A stretch of 64,000 nt of DNA, from contig JBAZRI010000001.1 in NCBI GenBank assembly GCA_041662965.1, forward strand, positions 99,680 through 163,679, in the 5' to 3' direction. The notes under the pieces were generated by a model. It saw only the letters and a list, made by a program, of their open reading frames with translations, made no database searches and was not told the origin of the DNA. This DNA is from Patescibacteria group bacterium. Its GTDB lineage: Bacteria > Patescibacteriota > Patescibacteriia > Patescibacteriales > GWC2-42-12. The position numbers were made by a program, and so were the translations under genes. Below are positions 61,101 through 64,000 of the stretch, one piece after another; within the stretch, counting starts at the first letter, position 1; each line of letters opens with the position of its first letter.

Positions 61101-64000
61101 CCAGAGACAATCAGACAAAAAAAGTTTATATTAACGACGGTGACGGAACGGGATGGACCGAAAATAATAACTATAAAATTCCAGGTTCGCATACATCGTT
61201 TGTCAGCTATAGGGGGGAAGATATGGGAGTTAGGCTTCTTGATGCCAATGGCGACGGGCTGGTTGATATTTTAAGAAGTATTAACGGTACCAGGGAAGTT
61301 TATATAAATAAAGGTGATGGGACCGGTTGGTTTTATGCGGGCATAGGCGGTTTTGCTCTAGACTTTGCATCAAACATAGGATATGACAACGGCGTTAGGT
61401 TTGCCGATGTTAATGGAGACGGTCTTATTGATATGTTAAGAAGCTATGATGGCTCATACGCTGTTTATATTAATCAAGGTGTGCTTTCGGGCAGCTGGGT
61501 TCTAGATGCCGGCTATATAATTCCTGTGGATTTTATTGGTGTTAACGCTTACGGCCGCTTTGATAATGGAGCTCGTTTGGCTGACGTAAACGGCGACGGC
61601 CTAGATGATATATTATATAGTAGAAACGGGCAAACAAAAAAGGTTTATATCTCTGATAATCATAAGGCGGATTTGCTTTCTCAAATAAATCATAGTAAAG
61701 GGGCGGAAACCAAAATTTATTACAAAGGATCTCCCGGATATCTTGATTCTTTTGGCAATATTTTAAATCCAAATTTACCAATAGTTATGCAGACAGTGAA
61801 AAATATTGCCGTGGATGACGGTTTAGGCAATATAGCGACTACTACTTATGAATATCAGGGAGGAGATTATTATTATAATAGCGAGTATGACAATAAGTTG
61901 GCCGGATTTAATAAAATTGTTAAAATTGACGGGAACAATAATATTACAAATATCTATTATCATCAGGGCAACGATACGGCTTCAACTACCGGAGAATTTA
62001 GCGATGATGTATCAAAAATAGGCAGGGTATATCGCACCGAAGTTTATAACAACGACGGCAAGCTTTATTCAAAGAGTATTAATAAATGGGAAAAATACGC
62101 TTTGGGCAATGAAAGAGATTTTGTAAAATTAACTCGTTCGGTTGATTATATTTACGATGGTGATTCCGACCACAAAGATAAGGCGACTACCTATGATTAT
62201 GATGACGCGTATGGCAATATTACTGAAAAAGTATTCTGGGGAGAGGTAACGGGCAGTGATGACGGCACATTCACGGACGCTGGCGCCGATAAAGCGTCGA
62301 CGATAATTTCTTATGCGGCAAGCACCACTCTTTATGTCGTCGGATTACCTTCGCAAGAAACAACGTATAACCAAAGCGACAGCAAAATAAAAGAAACAAA
62401 ATACTATTACGATAACCTATCGTCAGGAAATGTTGCTTACGGTAATTTAACCAAGGAAGAAAAATGGAAATCGGGAAACGATTATATTGATATTGAAAAA
62501 ACATACAATACTTACGGTTTGGTAACCCAGGAGAAAGATCCGCGCGACAAAGCGATTAATTATACATATGATGTTTATAATTTATATAAAGCAACCAGCA
62601 CTAATCCATTATCTCAATCCGCTGATTATTATTATGATTATTCCGCCGGAAAAATTAAAAAGACAGTAGATCCTAATAATCGGGTGTTTGAAGTTATCTA
62701 TGATGGCTTGGATAGGATCACCGAGGAGAGACAGCCTGATATTGGCTCGCCCTCATCCTTGGCTACAAAAACAAATTATATTTACTATCATTGGCTGTCT
62801 CCTCGTAGCGTCAAACAGGTTGACTATCTGGATGGCGCGACAAGTATAGAAAAATATACTTATATTGATGGTCTGGATAGGGTTGTGCAGGAGAGAAAAG
62901 AGGCTGAAGATTCAAATTTTTCCGTAAAAGATTTTACTTACAATGACGCGGGCCTCTTGGAAATTGAGACCTTGCCTTATTTTTCCACCGGGACTTCAAC
63001 TTCTGGCGTTACGAGCAATAGCGCTCTCTATATGGCTAATTATTATGATCCATTAGGAAGGGTGGCCACTTCGTCTAATGTAATTAGCACAACCACTTAT
63101 GCATATGACCAATGGCGAGTTACCATAACTGATGCTCTTAATAATACTAAAGATTTATATAAAGACGCGTATGACAATTTAATTCAGGTTGATGAGCACA
63201 GCGGCACGAGCACTTACTCAACGCTGTATGAGTATAATTTACTTGGTAATTTGACTAAAATCACTGACGCTTTAAGCAATGAAAGGAATTTTACTTACGA
63301 TAACTTAGGCAGGTTATTGAACAGCGAGGATCTGCATGCTCCTGGCGACTCGTATTTTTCTTCTGTAACTATGGCCTATGACGATTCAGGTAATTTAATT
63401 GAAAGGATTGATGGAAAAAATCAAACTGTAGACTACACCTATGATGATATAAATAGGATATCAACCGAAAATTATTTGGGATTAGCCGGAACAGAGGTTG
63501 AATATGGCTACGATAACTGCACCGAAGGAGTGGGAAGATTGTGCCATATTACTTCCTCCGAGGCGATTAGCAGTTACACGTATAATGCGCTCGGCTTAAT
63601 TAAAACAGAAACTCGTAATATAAATTCGGTGGATTATTCAACGGCATACGATTATGACAGGCGGGGACAGCAAACGCTGATTACTTACCCTGATAACTCC
63701 CAAGTCAGATATGCATACAATAACGCGGGCCTTATGGAAGCAGTCGACCAAAAAGAAAATGGCGAAGCATTTTCTGATATAGTTAGCGACTTTGATTATA
63801 ATCCGCAAGGTGACACAACCTATGAAGTCTTAGCGAACTATACTTCAAGCGCCTATACATATGATGAAAATAACTTATATCGCTTAATAAATAAATTAAC
63901 CGCCGGCCCGGAAGAATTTATTATGGCAAGCATGGGTAAAAGCGATAAGCCGGCGTTTTATATGGAGATTGAAAGTTATGACTTTAAAATATCTATGACA
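58193..64000 (+). CDS. Secreted giant SpvB/TcB-like + FG-GAP (TcdB mid) + YD/RHS-repeat protein, 3'-partial (at least 1,936 codons); absent from the ORF track
   Basis: I translated frame 2 codon by codon from ATG 58193 to 64000 and found no stop. Features:
- Signal peptide (…FIFSWPWLSSA/ED).
- SpvB motif GAFIFNYPIVVPPGRNGIQPDLNLSYNNQ…FGYGWSINIPYIERINRKG.
- Six (A/V)D(V/A)NGDGLxD repeats (60.7-61.6 kb).
- Many YD repeats (YDYDDAYGNITEK, YEYNLLGNLTKITDALSNERNFTYDNLGRLL, YTYDDINRISTE, YDYDRRGQQTLITY…). Confidence 0.9.
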   Translation, partial: MPKSNKFVASPVFFMLVFLFIFSWPWLSSAEDGDPMYGYERETNQGKLNIETDSATGAFIFNYPIVVPPGRNGIQPDLNLSYNNQSEDLDSPFGYGWSINIPYIERINRKGSEDLFSTEYFYSSMSGELRASSTVEGMIMASMGRSDTPAFYVWDFKISMTTPENIIETEPESFSDLLIDTLEDINNRIDKTDIPEAYQLKVDKKGDILESKEIDWVVKKEDGTLENKGKIMVYDYISDKKVSQGKIERDGKFIEEDLSKRTGNARFYKTGKKVGSEEEIVGQFYSGTPFIKVGNEWHHSETATTTVEAFKKQTGNNLIGMIFGVGATAATSTIYSGSGDGRTNQANADWNTCRNATTGNDASYTQNYLTPTVSKDATLYYIGRSNIPADTSSLPDDTTISEATLHVYKEGGAGTGTTSLAVVTTSQASPISLTAADYDQYGSADLGNFEVSTSDANETEYTASISDPEANISKTGYTMLGLRDKTYDMNNLPQTGYYYTHLHSSEYTGTDYDPYYEITYTMPLAPSTPSDLLVENLANPSAVFDNAPEFSAIYNDLDSGDNAVNYQLQVSASNTDWTSTLWDSGKTFMATTTEGSRCNDISYASSAPLPFNGATYYWRIKFWDDENNEGAWSDGNNYFTMSGEYGAKSENGDFIKYEYINAEKWTATTKDGTVYKFGHATSTKQFDSATSTNIFKWMLEEVRDRNNNYIKYEYYNDNGQIYPYKIIYTGNNTTDGIFEVEFLRESRDDAIKQHNSGFKVQTGYRIYEIKANINGAWARKYELDYITGDNDKKSLLDSITESGINEQNSTITLPKDEFAYQAKTKSWTHDDGYTIPTDIVKSDGKDVGARFAEVNGDGLIDVITDPYVYTNDGDGTGWTVTDYNMPVYSTNQYSNDLGVRIADVNGDGLADILQSTESENKVYIKSGSDTGWIYDSNYTIPEDFIFSGYKDAGVRLVDVNGDGLTDIIFARDNQTKKVYINDGDGTGWTENNNYKIPGSHTSFVSYRGEDMGVRLLDANGDGLVDILRSINGTREVYINKGDGTGWFYAGIGGFALDFASNIGYDNGVRFADVNGDGLIDMLRSYDGSYAVYINQGVLSGSWVLDAGYIIPVDFIGVNAYGRFDNGARLADVNGDGLDDILYSRNGQTKKVYISDNHKADLLSQINHSKGAETKIYYKGSPGYLDSFGNILNPNLPIVMQTVKNIAVDDGLGNIATTTYEYQGGDYYYNSEYDNKLAGFNKIVKIDGNNNITNIYYHQGNDTASTTGEFSDDVSKIGRVYRTEVYNNDGKLYSKSINKWEKYALGNERDFVKLTRSVDYIYDGDSDHKDKATTYDYDDAYGNITEKVFWGEVTGSDDGTFTDAGADKASTIISYAASTTLYVVGLPSQETTYNQSDSKIKETKYYYDNLSSGNVAYGNLTKEEKWKSGNDYIDIEKTYNTYGLVTQEKDPRDKAINYTYDVYNLYKATSTNPLSQSADYYYDYSAGKIKKTVDPNNRVFEVIYDGLDRITEERQPDIGSPSSLATKTNYIYYHWLSPRSVKQVDYLDGATSIEKYTYIDGLDRVVQERKEAEDSNFSVKDFTYNDAGLLEIETLPYFSTGTSTSGVTSNSALYMANYYDPLGRVATSSNVISTTTYAYDQWRVTITDALNNTKDLYKDAYDNLIQVDEHSGTSTYSTLYEYNLLGNLTKITDALSNERNFTYDNLGRLLNSEDLHAPGDSYFSSVTMAYDDSGNLIERIDGKNQTVDYTYDDINRISTENYLGLAGTEVEYGYDNCTEGVGRLCHITSSEAISSYTYNALGLIKTETRNINSVDYSTAYDYDRRGQQTLITYPDNSQVRYAYNNAGLMEAVDQKENGEAFSDIVSDFDYNPQGDTTYEVLANYTSSAYTYDENNLYRLINKLTAGPEEFIMASMGKSDKPAFYMEIESYDFKISMT

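Noticed and set aside
59166-62504. Short track ORFs inside the giant gene region: 59166-59492, 59823-60173, 60584-60868(-), 61542-61781(-), 62271-62504(-).
   Set aside because: They are off-frame or antisense relative to the continuous SpvB/FG-GAP/YD reading frame.
58193-64000. Possibility that the gap in the ORF track here reflects an alternative genetic code (for example UGA recoding, as in some CPR lineages) or a pseudogene.
   Set aside because: Frame 2 is completely open under the standard code. All other genes in the window also translate sensibly with the standard code, and several end in TGA. The omission is explained simply by the absence of a stop codon inside the window.

Overview
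The window reads as a chromosomal segment from a small-genome, AT-leaning bacterium that resembles the Candidate Phyla Radiation / Patescibacteria. That lineage call is an inference from style: compact, mostly plus-strand housekeeping genes; almost no Shine-Dalgarno sequences; three of four tRNAs without encoded CCA; many membrane or secreted hypotheticals; and very dense small palindromic repeats.

Gene content, in order:
- A 5'-partial type I R-M unit, hsdM / 3-TM ORF / hsdS.
- tspO-like, DUF4349, TRIC/UPF0126, DUF167, uppS, rarA, malic enzyme, queH.
- Four hypothetical or membrane genes, including a degenerate HtrA paralog.
- A lower-glycolysis block, pgk - (Cys-rich secreted protein, SIMPL) - eno - gpmI - gpmI - ackA.
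- murJ, a PurD-like ATP-grasp, lepA, recJ, rnhA, tRNA-Val, RNase P RNA.
- A glycan cluster: polyprenyl-P sugar transferase, two GT4 genes and unknowns.
- ftsB-like, a KE-repeat protein, tRNA-Thr, a NIF3-cap-like gene, tRNA-Gly.
- An RlpA-DPBB/S11 carboxypeptidase fusion, ftsE, ftsX, a metallophosphoesterase, tRNA-Gln, htrA.
- A GldA/F/G-like ABC module plus DUF4340, a PEGA protein, murA, ctp, pyrG.

Main second-look items:
1. The largest gene in the window (58193 to the 3' edge, at least 1,936 codons) is missing from the supplied ORF track. It is a secreted SpvB/TcB-like + FG-GAP + YD/RHS protein. Its SpvB domain is split by an insert of about 500 aa, and the leading motif of that insert recurs inside the YD region.
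2. A membrane ORF is translationally coupled between hsdM and hsdS.
3. Two tRNA genes each carry a homologous 85/88-bp insert bracketed by 16-nt direct repeats of a tRNA terminus.
4. Several nested palindromic or hairpin repeat families are present. Some have copy-specific, compensatory closing stems, and some sit in frame inside genes.
5. Two small genes with a perfect SD and their own terminator lie in an otherwise SD-poor context.

I found no CRISPR array, transposase, integrase or rRNA.
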